Shown here in pieces: positions 8,827-17,973 of a stretch of 64,000 nt of DNA (its first letter is position 1; the number at the start of each line of letters is the position of its first letter). This DNA comes from an uncultured Verrucomicrobiae bacterium. GTDB taxonomy: Bacteria > Verrucomicrobiota > Verrucomicrobiia > Chthoniobacterales > UBA10450. The notes beneath the pieces were generated by a model. That model did no database searches. It saw nothing but the letters and a program-made list of their open reading frames with translations, and was not told the DNA's origin. The stretch covers positions 1,030,784 to 1,094,783 of the forward strand of contig CAWBFF010000008.1 in the NCBI GenBank assembly GCA_963788065.1, in the 5' to 3' direction. The position numbers and the translations under genes are program-made.

Positions 8827-10218
8827 ATGCTTGCGCGCCAACAAGAATTAAACACTCAGCTGCAGCAGATTTTCGACGCCTTCCTGCTCGCGGTGGCGCT
8901 GGTGGTGGCGCATCAGCTTCGTTATTACAGCACGGACTGGTTCGGGCTGGACAAGACAATCGACGTCTTCAGCAATTACCAGTGGCTCCTCGTCGTGATC
9001 ATGCCCTTCGGCCCGATCCTGCTCGATTTGCAGGGCTTTTATCAATCGCCCCTGACGAAGACGGTTTGGAAATCCTTCAGTCAGATCATGCAGGCGATGG
9101 TCTATCTGAGCATCCTCGTCAGCGGGTGCGTAATTTTCCTGCGCCTGCCGCTGGCGGCACGCTCCGTTCCGCTCCTCTTCATCGCGGTGGCCACGGTGGC
9201 GTTACTCGTGAAGGAACGCGTCATTATCGCGGCCGTGCGCCGGCGCGCTTTGCGGGGTGAGTTGCGCGAGAAAATTTTGCTCGCAGGCGTGCCAGAAGAT
9301 ATCGCGGCGCTGGAGCGCTCGTTTACCCCCGAGCAAAAAATGCTGATGGTGATCGCCGAGCGGATCGACATCGAACGCCAACCGCTCTCCGATTTGGTCG
9401 AAGCAATGCACCGCCACGCTGTCACGCGGGTGATCTTCGCGGCCGGGCACAGTCAGTTTAACCGAATCGAGCAGGCGATCGGCGCCTGCGAAGTGGAAGG
9501 CGTGCCCGCCTGGCTGGTGGCGAACTTCATTCAAACCTCGATCGCGAAACCGGATTTCGATGCCTTTGCCGGCCGTCCCATGCTCGTCTTCCGTTCCACG
9601 CCGGAGGTTTCGTGGGCGCTGTTGATCAAGAGCATCATCGACCGCGTGGGCGCGTTCCTGGCGCTGGTCGTCTTCGGCGTTCCGATGTTGATCGTGGTGC
9701 TGATTATTAAACTGACTTCGAAAGGGCCGCCCATTTTCCGGCAACAGCGCGCGGGCAAGCATGGCAAGCCTTTCACGATGTATAAATTCCGCTCCATGTC
9801 CGACGACGCCGAGCAGCGCCGGGCCGATTTACTCCCGTTCAACCAGATGCGCGGCCCCGTCTTCAAGGTGGATAAGGATCCGCGCATCACTACCTTTGGC
9901 CGTTGGCTGCGGCGGACCAGCATCGATGAGATGCCGCAACTGGTGAATGTGCTCTTCGGCGATATGAGCCTGGTCGGCCCCCGCCCGCTCCCGCTTTATG
10001 AAGTGGAGAAATTCGAGAACACCGCGCAGCGGCGGCGCTTAAGCGTGAAGCCCGGCCTGACTTGCCTCTGGCAAATTCGCGGCCGCAACGAGGTCACCGA
10101 TTTCGGCGATTGGGTGAAGCTCGATCTCGAGTACATCGACAAATGGTCCCTCGGCCTCGACTTCAAAATTCTCGTTCGCACCGTGCCCGCCGTTGTCTTC
10201 GGCTCCGGCGCGAAGTAG
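8827..10218 (+). CDS. polyprenyl-phosphate glycosyl-1-phosphate transferase (bacterial sugar transferase, WbaP/exopolysaccharide type)
   Basis: 463 aa with N-terminal TM helices. The C-terminal sugar-transferase domain has KGPPIFRQQRAGKHGKPFTMYKFRSM, DEMPQLVNVLFGDMSLVGPRP and KPGLTCLWQIRGRNE. Confidence 0.9.
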   Translation: MLARQQELNTQLQQIFDAFLLAVALVVAHQLRYYSTDWFGLDKTIDVFSNYQWLLVVIMPFGPILLDLQGFYQSPLTKTVWKSFSQIMQAMVYLSILVSGCVIFLRLPLAARSVPLLFIAVATVALLVKERVIIAAVRRRALRGELREKILLAGVPEDIAALERSFTPEQKMLMVIAERIDIERQPLSDLVEAMHRHAVTRVIFAAGHSQFNRIEQAIGACEVEGVPAWLVANFIQTSIAKPDFDAFAGRPMLVFRSTPEVSWALLIKSIIDRVGAFLALVVFGVPMLIVVLIIKLTSKGPPIFRQQRAGKHGKPFTMYKFRSMSDDAEQRRADLLPFNQMRGPVFKVDKDPRITTFGRWLRRTSIDEMPQLVNVLFGDMSLVGPRPLPLYEVEKFENTAQRRRLSVKPGLTCLWQIRGRNEVTDFGDWVKLDLEYIDKWSLGLDFKILVRTVPAVVFGSGAK

Positions 10219-10225
10219 CGAAAGC

Positions 10226-10828
10226 TCAATCCTGCGGAACGTGGCGCGTCATCATGCGCTCGACATATTTCGCCAGGAGATCGAATTCGAGATTCAGCCG
10301 ATCGCCCGCGCGAACCGCATCCAAATTCGTGTAGCGCTTCGTGTGCGGAATCACCCAGACGGCGAAGCTTTCCGGAAGCACTTCCGCCACTGTCAGGCTG
10401 ATCCCGTTCACCGCGATCGATCCTTTGTAGACGACGTAGTGCGCGAAGTCCGCCGGCAACTCGATTTCGAGCCGATGATCCGCGCCCGCTTCCTCGAAGG
10501 AGACAACGCGCACCGCGCAATCGATATGGCCCTGCACAAAGTGACCGCCCACCAGACTGCTCGCGGTTAACGAACGCTCCAGATTCACCGGGCTGTCGCG
10601 GCGGAGCGCACGGAGATTGGTCCGGTCGAGCGTCTCCTCCAACAGATCGAAAGTGAGCTGCGCATCGCGCCGCGTCTTCACGGTCAGGCAGCAACCGTTC
10701 ACCGAGATGCTGTCGCCCTTCCGGGCTCCCTCCGCGATGCCGGGCGCGGCCAGTTGTAATTGGGTGCCGCGATCCGTCGCCCGAATCCAGAGCACGCTTC
10801 CGATTTCCTCGATTAAGCCGGTAAACAT
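10226..10828 (-). CDS. ribE: riboflavin synthase alpha chain
   Basis: The canonical N-terminus MFTGLIEEIG begins at ATG 10828. There are two lumazine-binding repeats (SISVNGCCLTV and SIAVNGISLTV). Confidence 0.9.
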   Translation of the reverse strand: MFTGLIEEIGSVLWIRATDRGTQLQLAAPGIAEGARKGDSISVNGCCLTVKTRRDAQLTFDLLEETLDRTNLRALRRDSPVNLERSLTASSLVGGHFVQGHIDCAVRVVSFEEAGADHRLEIELPADFAHYVVYKGSIAVNGISLTVAEVLPESFAVWVIPHTKRYTNLDAVRAGDRLNLEFDLLAKYVERMMTRHVPQD

Positions 10829-11061
10829 GGAGGCAAGAGCATTAATCCGCCGCTCCGGAAATCGCAACGGCGGATGGAGAGAGTTGTGCGCTTTAAGAAT
10901 GGACTCGTTAGGGCCACGTCAGCCAATATCAAGAAAGGCGCCCGAGAGAGTCGGTGCGCAGACATCCCGCCACGAGAAAAATGGCCGGGGAAAGCGGGTC
11001 GTGAGACATCCCCCTCCACTCTGCCGTTCAAACTTTTTTGAAAAAACTTAAAAAAAACCTT

Positions 11062-11080
11062 GTCACACCCGGTCACACCC
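11062..11080 (+). promoter_or_regulatory. tandem direct repeat GTCACACCC-g-GTCACACCC after an A/T-rich tract, 33-51 nt upstream of the TonB-receptor ATG (possible operator/promoter element)
   Basis: The sequence at 11061-11080 reads tGTCACACCCgGTCACACCC. It is preceded by the only strongly A/T-rich stretch of the region (11030-11059, aaacttttttgaaaaaacttaaaaaaaacc). Function is not established. Confidence 0.2.
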
Positions 11081-11112
11081 TTTATTCCCTACCCCCAAAC
11101 CTAACCCAACCA

Positions 11113-14100
11113 ATGGAGAAACTAATGATTAGAAATGTGTTTACCAAGATGGGATCTCTCCGAGCGGCTCTTGCAGTCGGCCTCGGGGTTCCCTTCCTTC
11201 TCGCCTCCGGCGCTTTCGCCCAGGCGCCGATCCAGGATACCGCGATCGCCCCAGCAGCGGCGACCAGCGGCCCTGTCGCTACGACCGATCGCGTCGTCGT
11301 GACCGGTTCCTACATTCCCACCGCGGAAACTGAATCGGCGTTGCCGGTTACGGTTTACACCGCCACCGTGCTCCAGAAGCAGGGTGCCAATACCCCTGCT
11401 GAAGGCTTGCGCCAGTTGCCCTCTTTCGTCGGCAACACCGCGACTGAGAACGACTCCAATGGTGGCGACGGTTCCGCAGCGGTCAACCTGCGCGCCCTCG
11501 GTTCCGGCAATACTCTCACGCTCATCAACGGTCGCCGTGCCTTCGATTTCGAAGACATCAATGCGATTCCGATCGGCGCTCTCTCCCGTTCTGAAGTCCT
11601 GAAGGACGGCGCTTCCGCGATTTACGGCTCCGATGCCGTCGCCGGCGTTGTGAACTTCATCCTGATCAACGGTCCTGGTGAAGCTCCCTATGAAGGCGCT
11701 GAGATCGACTTCCTCTACGGCAACACCACCGACAAAGACGCACGCGTCCTCCAAGCGTACGTCAAAGGCGGCGTGGCCACGGAGAAAGTCTCGGTCGCAG
11801 CAGTTGCGCAGTTCTATGATGCCGATGGCATCTTCTCGCGTGACCGCGATATTTCCTCGTTCACCGACAAGCAGGGCCTCGGCGGTGCCAACACTGGCAG
11901 CCCGACCTTCCCCGGTCGTTTGACGATCGGCTCGTCCGCTCCCGGCCCAGGTGCGACCCCGATTCCGGCCGCTCTGCGCGGTGCGCAGATTCTGATCAAC
12001 CAGAACGGCGTCACGGTTCCGACGGCTCCGCTTCGCGGCTACCGCCCTTACGGTGGTGCTCCTAGCGCTGATCCGTTCAACTTCCGTCGCTTCACTCCGG
12101 CCATCCCGCCGCGTGAAACCTACAACACCTACGTGACCGGACGTTACAAAGTCTTCGGCGAAGGTCTCCAGATCTACGGCGACATGCTTTACACGAAGCG
12201 GAAACAGGACAACGGCCTCGCTCCGTCGCCCTTCCAATTCAACACTGCGGGCAACGGTCTCACCGACGCTCGGAACTCGCCGTTCAATCCGTTTGGCGCC
12301 GCCCTTGGCAGCGTTCAGTATCGCACCGTCCAGGAACTCGCGCTTCGCCGCTCGTTCTTCGACTACGATCTCTATCGCTACACCTTCGGCGTGAATGGAA
12401 ACTTCTCCTTCACCGGCAACAGCTTCATCAGCTTCCTCGGTTACGATGCCGGCATGATCTACTCGCGTGGTGATTTCCTGCGCATTGATAGCGGAGATGC
12501 ACGTCGCGCTTTCCTTCGTGGCGAGACCGCAGCGGGCAACTTCAATCCGTTCATCGGCCTTGGTGCACCGGTTGCTGGCACTGCTCCTACCTACGTAGGC
12601 GGCCAACCGACTGGCGCCACCCGTCCTTACGACAACGCCGCAGCTGCTGCGCGCGCCTCGTACATCGGTCGCTCCTTCAACTACGATCGTGACTTCCTCG
12701 CTGATGCGAAGGTGTTCGGTAACCTGTTCCCGAACCTCTATCAGGGCGGGATTGGGTTCAACCTCGGTTACGAATTCCGCCACAGCCGGTCGAAATCAAT
12801 TCCTGATCCGACCCAGGCCGCTGGCGATCAGCTTGGCTTCAACGCCGCTGCGAACAACTCCTTCCACCAAGAGGTGAAATCCTACTTCGGTGAGTTGCAG
12901 GTCCCGCTCGTGATCTCGTCGATGAACATCCCGTTCGTCCGTTCCTTGGAGGCTCAGGTTGCCTACCGTTATGAGGAGTTCGACAACAAGGATCAGTTCG
13001 GCGCGGTCAACGCGTTCGGCGTCCAGCAGGGCAAACGCACCTCTTCGTTCAACAACAACGGAGACGTTCGCGTTTCGCTGCGCTATCAGCCGATCCAGGA
13101 CATCACCATCCGCGCCAGCTTCGGCGAGTCTTTCCTCTCGCCTTCGCCAGTGCAGTTGTTTGACCCGGTCCAGCAAAACTTCCCGCAGCTCTTCGATCCG
13201 TTCGCCCTCAGCGGCGGCGTTCGTGGTGCGACCTTGCAGCCGGCTAACGGTGTGCAACAGGGTGGCAATGTTGCTCTGACCCCGGAAACCACCGAGTCCT
13301 ACACGGCCGGTATCGTGATCACGCCTCGCTTCCTTCCTGGCTTCACGGCTACGGCGGACTTCTATCAGTTGTTCACCCGTAACGTGATCCTCGGTGCGGA
13401 TGACTTCGCGCAGTTGGCTCTTACCACCAACGGTAACTTCCTCCTGAACAATCCGGGCGCTCCTTTCGCGAGTGCTCCGTTCGCGAACCTCATTCAGCGT
13501 AACCCGAACCCTGGGTTCGAAGTTACCTCGATTGACTCGGTTTCGCAGAATGCCGGTAAACGCCTCGTCAATGGCTTGGACGTGACCGCAGCATATCAGA
13601 TCCCGACGACCAATTGGGGAACGTTCACGCTCTCGACGGGCTACAACTACTTCTTCACTTGGAAGGCTGAGCCGGTGCCGGGCATCGGAACCACCAACTT
13701 CCTCGGTGACTACAACAACGGCACCCTGCCGCTCGCGCCTGGCGCGTTGCCTTACCATAAAGGCTTCCTCCGTGGCGAGCATCAGTGGAAGGGCTTCGAC
13801 TTCGTCGCGACGATGAACTACATCAGCTCGTTCAACGATGACGGTGCTTTCGTGACCCGGGTTGGTGCCACTCCAGTGGCAGTCGTTGGCGGCACGGACA
13901 CGTTCCCGCAATACAACGTCTACCGCCGCGTGACCGACTACATCACCCTCGATATGCAGTTGAGCTACGAGTTCGTGAAGCCGGCAGTTGAGCCGATCAT
14001 TCCGAGTGGCAAAGACTTCTCGAAAGATGGCAAGAGCATGGCTCCTGCCGTCTCGGGCGTCGAGACCAGCTCGATCTGGCAGCGGATGCTCTGGGGCACC

Positions 14101-14238
14101 ACGCTCCGCGTCGGCGTTAACAATGCCTTCGATCGGCAACCGCCGTCGGTTCTCGGTGCGTTCAACGACAACTACGACACGTCGCTCTACAACATCCGGA
14201 ATCGTTACTACTACATCGGAATCAACAAGAAGTTCTAA
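11113..14238 (+). CDS. TonB-dependent outer-membrane receptor
   Basis: Signal peptide LRAALAVGLGVPFLLASGAFAQ. Plug-domain motifs DRVVVTGSYIP, AVNLRALGSGNTLTLINGRR and DAVAGVVNFIL precede a long beta-barrel region. The terminal YYYIGINKKF* ends on an aromatic residue. ATG 11113 is preferred over the 11038 ORF start. Confidence 0.9.
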   Translation: MEKLMIRNVFTKMGSLRAALAVGLGVPFLLASGAFAQAPIQDTAIAPAAATSGPVATTDRVVVTGSYIPTAETESALPVTVYTATVLQKQGANTPAEGLRQLPSFVGNTATENDSNGGDGSAAVNLRALGSGNTLTLINGRRAFDFEDINAIPIGALSRSEVLKDGASAIYGSDAVAGVVNFILINGPGEAPYEGAEIDFLYGNTTDKDARVLQAYVKGGVATEKVSVAAVAQFYDADGIFSRDRDISSFTDKQGLGGANTGSPTFPGRLTIGSSAPGPGATPIPAALRGAQILINQNGVTVPTAPLRGYRPYGGAPSADPFNFRRFTPAIPPRETYNTYVTGRYKVFGEGLQIYGDMLYTKRKQDNGLAPSPFQFNTAGNGLTDARNSPFNPFGAALGSVQYRTVQELALRRSFFDYDLYRYTFGVNGNFSFTGNSFISFLGYDAGMIYSRGDFLRIDSGDARRAFLRGETAAGNFNPFIGLGAPVAGTAPTYVGGQPTGATRPYDNAAAAARASYIGRSFNYDRDFLADAKVFGNLFPNLYQGGIGFNLGYEFRHSRSKSIPDPTQAAGDQLGFNAAANNSFHQEVKSYFGELQVPLVISSMNIPFVRSLEAQVAYRYEEFDNKDQFGAVNAFGVQQGKRTSSFNNNGDVRVSLRYQPIQDITIRASFGESFLSPSPVQLFDPVQQNFPQLFDPFALSGGVRGATLQPANGVQQGGNVALTPETTESYTAGIVITPRFLPGFTATADFYQLFTRNVILGADDFAQLALTTNGNFLLNNPGAPFASAPFANLIQRNPNPGFEVTSIDSVSQNAGKRLVNGLDVTAAYQIPTTNWGTFTLSTGYNYFFTWKAEPVPGIGTTNFLGDYNNGTLPLAPGALPYHKGFLRGEHQWKGFDFVATMNYISSFNDDGAFVTRVGATPVAVVGGTDTFPQYNVYRRVTDYITLDMQLSYEFVKPAVEPIIPSGKDFSKDGKSMAPAVSGVETSSIWQRMLWGTTLRVGVNNAFDRQPPSVLGAFNDNYDTSLYNIRNRYYYIGINKKF

Positions 14239-14263
14239 GAAGGCTTAGAGTTCAAATTACAGA

Positions 14264-14299
14264 GAGGCAGCGGTTTCGACCGCTGCCTCTTTTGTTTTT
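14264..14299 (+). terminator. rho-independent terminator downstream of the TonB-dependent receptor gene
   Basis: Perfect 10-bp stem GAGGCAGCGG / CCGCTGCCTC (14264-14273 and 14280-14289) with a 6-nt loop, followed by TTTTGTTTTT. Confidence 0.75.
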
Positions 14300-14403
14300 G
14301 GTGGAGACTGTCGACGCCGGCTCTAGAGATGTCTTGATGCCGGAATTCGCCCCGACTGCGTGGAAAAATTCGCTTTTCCCGACAGCCCTCCTAATCTTCC
14401 GCC

Positions 14404-15012
14404 GTGAAGTTTGCCGCCCTGCCCCACCCGCATGAAGGCTGGGAAGTTCTCTCTCAGGAGACGCGCTTTGAGAACACCCATCTCGCCGTGGCGACGGAGG
14501 AAGTGCGCAGCCCCCAGCACCTCGGAACCAAGCATTGGACTGTTGTGCATCGCAAGGCGGCAGTCGTGATTGCCGCCTTAACGACGAAGGGGGAAATCGT
14601 CCTGATTCAGCAAGAGCGTATTCCGATCCAAGCAGCGATCTGGGAGGTCCCTGCGGGCCAGATTGACGAGGCAGGTAGGACCGATTGTGCGACGATTTCA
14701 GCCGTAGCCCTGCGAGAGTTGCGCGAGGAGACGGGATATGAGCTGAGCGAGAATGGCGAAATTCTGCCGCTGGGCCACTTTTTTTCGTCGCCGGGCTTCA
14801 CGGACGAGCACGGCTATTTCTTCCTTGCTCGGGGGGTTCAACCAACTTCGACTGGGCCCGCGTACGAGGACTCGGAAACGATCCTCGATTGCCGCACTTT
14901 CGCCCCAAGCGAAATCGCTCGCATGATTGCGGCGAATGAGATTCGCGATGCGAACACCCTCAGCATTTTCGCGCAATTGGTCGCGCGCAGCCTGATTGAC
15001 CTGAAGTCCTGA
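14404..15012 (+). CDS. NUDIX hydrolase (ADP-ribose pyrophosphatase-like)
   Basis: Nudix box GQIDEAGRTDCATISAVALRELREETGY. GTG start at 14404. Confidence 0.85.
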   Translation: MKFAALPHPHEGWEVLSQETRFENTHLAVATEEVRSPQHLGTKHWTVVHRKAAVVIAALTTKGEIVLIQQERIPIQAAIWEVPAGQIDEAGRTDCATISAVALRELREETGYELSENGEILPLGHFFSSPGFTDEHGYFFLARGVQPTSTGPAYEDSETILDCRTFAPSEIARMIAANEIRDANTLSIFAQLVARSLIDLKS

Positions 15013-15022
15013 CCAAAGCGAA

Positions 15023-15802
15023 ATGGCGCTGCGCAATTTCTTCAAGTTCCGGGAAGTCCCCGAGTCAGAATCGGCGAAACCGTTCCTCGAACATCTCGAA
15101 GACCTGCGCTGGACGGTCGTAAAAATGGCCATCACGCTCTTCGTAGCGATGATCGGCTGCTTTGCCTTTCGGGCCTCGCTCACGGCGATCATGCAGCGGC
15201 CTTTGACCGGATTGGACGAGAAAATCCGAACGTTGCAAGCCCTGGGGATCACCGATTCGTTCACGATCTCATTCAACCTGGCCTTCTACGCTGGGATTGT
15301 GATCTCGTTTCCATTCCTGCTCTATTTTCTAGCTGAGTTCGTCCTTCCGGCGCTGACGGCGGTCGAAAAGCGAATGCTGCTGCCCGGCATTTTCGTGAGC
15401 TTCCTGCTTTTTCTCGTGGGCGTCCTCGCCTGCTATTATTGGCTGCTTCCGAAGACGATCCTTTTTTTCTTCCACGACGCTCAATCGATGGGCTGGATGC
15501 CAGCTTGGACGGTGCGGGAGTATTATTCGTTCGTAACGCGGTTCACGATCGGCTTCGGTCTCGCCTTCGAACTGCCTGTGGTCGTCCTGGCCCTGGTCCG
15601 TTTTGGGCTGGTGACTTTCGAATTCATGCAGCGGACCCGCCCCTACGCCGTTGTCCTCATCTTCGTTCTGGCGGCCGTCATCACCCCTACGCCGGATATC
15701 CTAACGCTGTGCGCGATGGGTCTGCCGATGTATTTCCTCTATGAAAGCTGCATTTGGATCGCCTGGCTGATGCAACGCCGCCGTCCGGTCGCCTCGGAAT
15801 GA
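15023..15802 (+). CDS. tatC: twin-arginine translocase subunit TatC
   Basis: 259 aa with six predicted TM helices. The TatC-like opening is FLEHLEDLRWTVVKMAI, with conserved-style segments FPFLLYFLAEFVLPAL and GFGLAFELPVVVLAL. Confidence 0.9.
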   Translation: MALRNFFKFREVPESESAKPFLEHLEDLRWTVVKMAITLFVAMIGCFAFRASLTAIMQRPLTGLDEKIRTLQALGITDSFTISFNLAFYAGIVISFPFLLYFLAEFVLPALTAVEKRMLLPGIFVSFLLFLVGVLACYYWLLPKTILFFFHDAQSMGWMPAWTVREYYSFVTRFTIGFGLAFELPVVVLALVRFGLVTFEFMQRTRPYAVVLIFVLAAVITPTPDILTLCAMGLPMYFLYESCIWIAWLMQRRRPVASE

Positions 15803-15874
15803 TGAGCGCCGCCGTGGAATAATCTCGGAAACTGGAATGCGAGCAGCTTTCTAGGGGATCAGCTCGACCTCTGC

Positions 15875-16975
15875 ATGGATCAAACCCTTCTTCTTTACGA
15901 TTGGATCTTCGCCGTTTTCGCCTTCGTTCTCGGCGCGACGGTGGGCTCGTTCTTGAACGTCTGCATTTACCGAATGCCGATCGATCTCTCCGTCAATGAG
16001 CCGAAGCGTTCTTTTTGCCCGCTCTGCCAGCATCAAATTCCTTGGCACCAAAACCTGCCCCTGCTGAGCTGGGTTTTTCTCCGCGGCCGCTGCGCGAATT
16101 GCGGCGCTCGCATCGCGTTTCGCTACTTCGCGGTCGAACTGTTAACCGCGCTGCTCTTCCTCGGCATCTGGCGCGTTTTCGCCTGGGATATCGCACTTGC
16201 TTTGTGGGTGCTCGCGTCGCTCCTCATCGTCGCCACCTTCATTGATTTCGAACACTTCATTATCCCCGATGAGATTACGCTCGGCGGCACCGCGGCAGGG
16301 ATAGTGGCGAGTGTGCTCGTGCCCGGCCTCATGTTTACCGAGAACCGCTTCGTCGCTTTCTACACGTCGCTCGCGTCGGCCGCGCTCGGTTACGGTTTAC
16401 TCTGGCTCGTCCTTGAAGGGGGCAAACTCGCGTTCGGCAAAAAGAGGATTCGACTCGAGACCGCAACGCCGTTCAGCTGGACGCGGCGCGGCGAGGACGC
16501 CGACTTCGTGGTCGGCGATGAGAGCAGCCTCTGGAGCGACTATTTCGCGCGCGAAAAAGATCAGCTGCTTTTGCACTGCGATGCCGCTGTCGTCGACGGA
16601 CGGGAGTTTGGTCACACGACTCTTCGTTTCCACTACGATCGCGTTGGGATCGATGCGGAAGAATTCCAACTTGATCACGTGGAGCAGATAAGCGGCATCG
16701 TGCGCGAGTTGGAGATTCCGCGCGAAGCGATGGGGCGGGGCGATCTAAAATTCTTGGCCGCGATCGGCGCGTTTCTGAGCTGGCGTGGGGTGCTTTTCAG
16801 CGTCTTCGCTGGTTCCCTTCTCGGGTCTTTGGTCGGCATCGCCACCCTTGTCATCGGCAAGCGTGTCTGGTCGGCGAAGCTACCCTTTGGTCCTTATCTG
16901 GCGGCCGGCGCGCTGATCTGGATGTTCTTCGGCCAAACACTGGCCGATTGGTATCTCGCAATGCTCTATCGCTGA
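15875..16975 (+). CDS. pilD: prepilin (type IV leader) peptidase, A24 family, with ~100-aa insertion
   Basis: N-terminal Cys cluster CPLCQHQIPWHQNLPLLSWVFLRGRCANCG. First Asp box FIDFEHFIIPDE, second Asp box AMGRGDLKFLAAIGAFL. At 366 aa it is longer than the usual ~250-290. Confidence 0.85.
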   Translation: MDQTLLLYDWIFAVFAFVLGATVGSFLNVCIYRMPIDLSVNEPKRSFCPLCQHQIPWHQNLPLLSWVFLRGRCANCGARIAFRYFAVELLTALLFLGIWRVFAWDIALALWVLASLLIVATFIDFEHFIIPDEITLGGTAAGIVASVLVPGLMFTENRFVAFYTSLASAALGYGLLWLVLEGGKLAFGKKRIRLETATPFSWTRRGEDADFVVGDESSLWSDYFAREKDQLLLHCDAAVVDGREFGHTTLRFHYDRVGIDAEEFQLDHVEQISGIVRELEIPREAMGRGDLKFLAAIGAFLSWRGVLFSVFAGSLLGSLVGIATLVIGKRVWSAKLPFGPYLAAGALIWMFFGQTLADWYLAMLYR

Positions 16976-16995
16976 TACCGAAGAGATTCGACGCT

Positions 16996-17973
16996 CTACG
17001 GAATGGCTTCGAGCGCGCTGTTCTTGCAGTAGGCCGCATGCATCGCGTCGTTGATTTCCACCATCCGCTTCTGCACCGTCTCGAGATACTCATGCAGGCC
17101 AAATTTAAAAATATCGCCGATCGTTGCGTAGATCAGATCCGACCGCAGCCGTCCGGATAGCCGCTCGGCTTCGTTGGCATAGTGGGTCTCGCTGGAGCCC
17201 GAGATGCGGTGTAGGGCGGCATCCAGCGATTCCACGCTGAAGCGAATCGAACGCGGGAAATCTGGATGGAGAATGAGAAATTCTGCCACCTTCCAAGGCG
17301 CGACCTGATCGACGTAAGCCTTGCGATAAGCCTCGAGCGCGCTGCACGAACGCAGAACCGCCATCCAATGAATGGTATCGACGTTGCCGCCTACGCTCTC
17401 GCCTGAGGGCAGGAGGACGTGGTATTTGATATCGAGAATGCGCGACGTGCAATCGGCTCGCTCCAGAAACTTGCCGATGTGGATGAAGTCCCAGCCTTCG
17501 CCGTGCGTCATGGTCGCGTCGCCGATCCCCTGCAGCAAATGCGAGCCGGCGATGACGCGCTTGAAGAACTCGTAGGGACTCGACTTGAGCAAGCGCCGCG
17601 CAGGTTCGCCGGTCACGAAAAGATAAAGCCGATTGACCTGCTCCCACATCTCGCTCGAAATCTGTTCCCGCGTCGTGCGCGCGTTCTCGCGTGCCAGCGC
17701 GAGGCAGGAGTAGATCGAGTTCGAGTTATCCTTCTGCAGCGCCACGAAGTCGATCGCCGCCCGTCCGTCCGGTTCCGTGTAGAGCGAATCGAAAAGGTCG
17801 TTCTCTTCGAGCGAGTTGATGACCGGGCTCCACTGTTGCCGCGGATCCAGTTCCTGCTGATTCGTCAGATCGAGGAGCAACTCCAGGTTCACTTCCGCGA
17901 TGCGGGCATTGTTCTCCGCCCGCTCGACATAGCGGCTCATCCAATAAAGCGAATCAGCGACGCGGCTCAGCAT
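16996..17973 (-). CDS. alpha-E domain protein (COG2307-type partner of circularly permuted ATP-grasp)
   Basis: Opens [25 protein letters not shown], the conserved ER-motif helix. Its start overlaps the stop of the upstream ATP-grasp gene (17967-17973). Confidence 0.85.
   Translation of the reverse strand: MLSRVADSLYWMSRYVERAENNARIAEVNLELLLDLTNQQELDPRQQWSPVINSLEENDLFDSLYTEPDGRAAIDFVALQKDNSNSIYSCLALARENARTTREQISSEMWEQVNRLYLFVTGEPARRLLKSSPYEFFKRVIAGSHLLQGIGDATMTHGEGWDFIHIGKFLERADCTSRILDIKYHVLLPSGESVGGNVDTIHWMAVLRSCSALEAYRKAYVDQVAPWKVAEFLILHPDFPRSIRFSVESLDAALHRISGSSETHYANEAERLSGRLRSDLIYATIGDIFKFGLHEYLETVQKRMVEINDAMHAAYCKNSALEAIP

Noticed and set aside
10868-11112. Possible FMN riboswitch (upstream of ribE) or cobalamin/TPP riboswitch (upstream of the TonB receptor)
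   Set aside because: I compared both strands by eye with the RFN, B12-box and THI-box consensus cores. Only short fragments match (CGGATGGAGAGAG; TCCCGCCAC), and the flanking conserved helices are missing. This is not supportable without a covariance-model scan (Rfam/Infernal), which would be the decisive test.
11122-14139. 553-aa and 447-aa minus-strand ORFs (11122-12783, 12796-14139) inside the TonB-receptor gene
   Set aside because: They are antisense shadows of a gene with clear plug/barrel motifs, a signal peptide and a terminator, and have junk-like composition. The same reasoning applies to 501-1550, 2529-3506, 21442-22512, 26096-27367, 28787-29941, 35802-36881, 50296-51369 and the many 60-200-aa overlapping ORFs.
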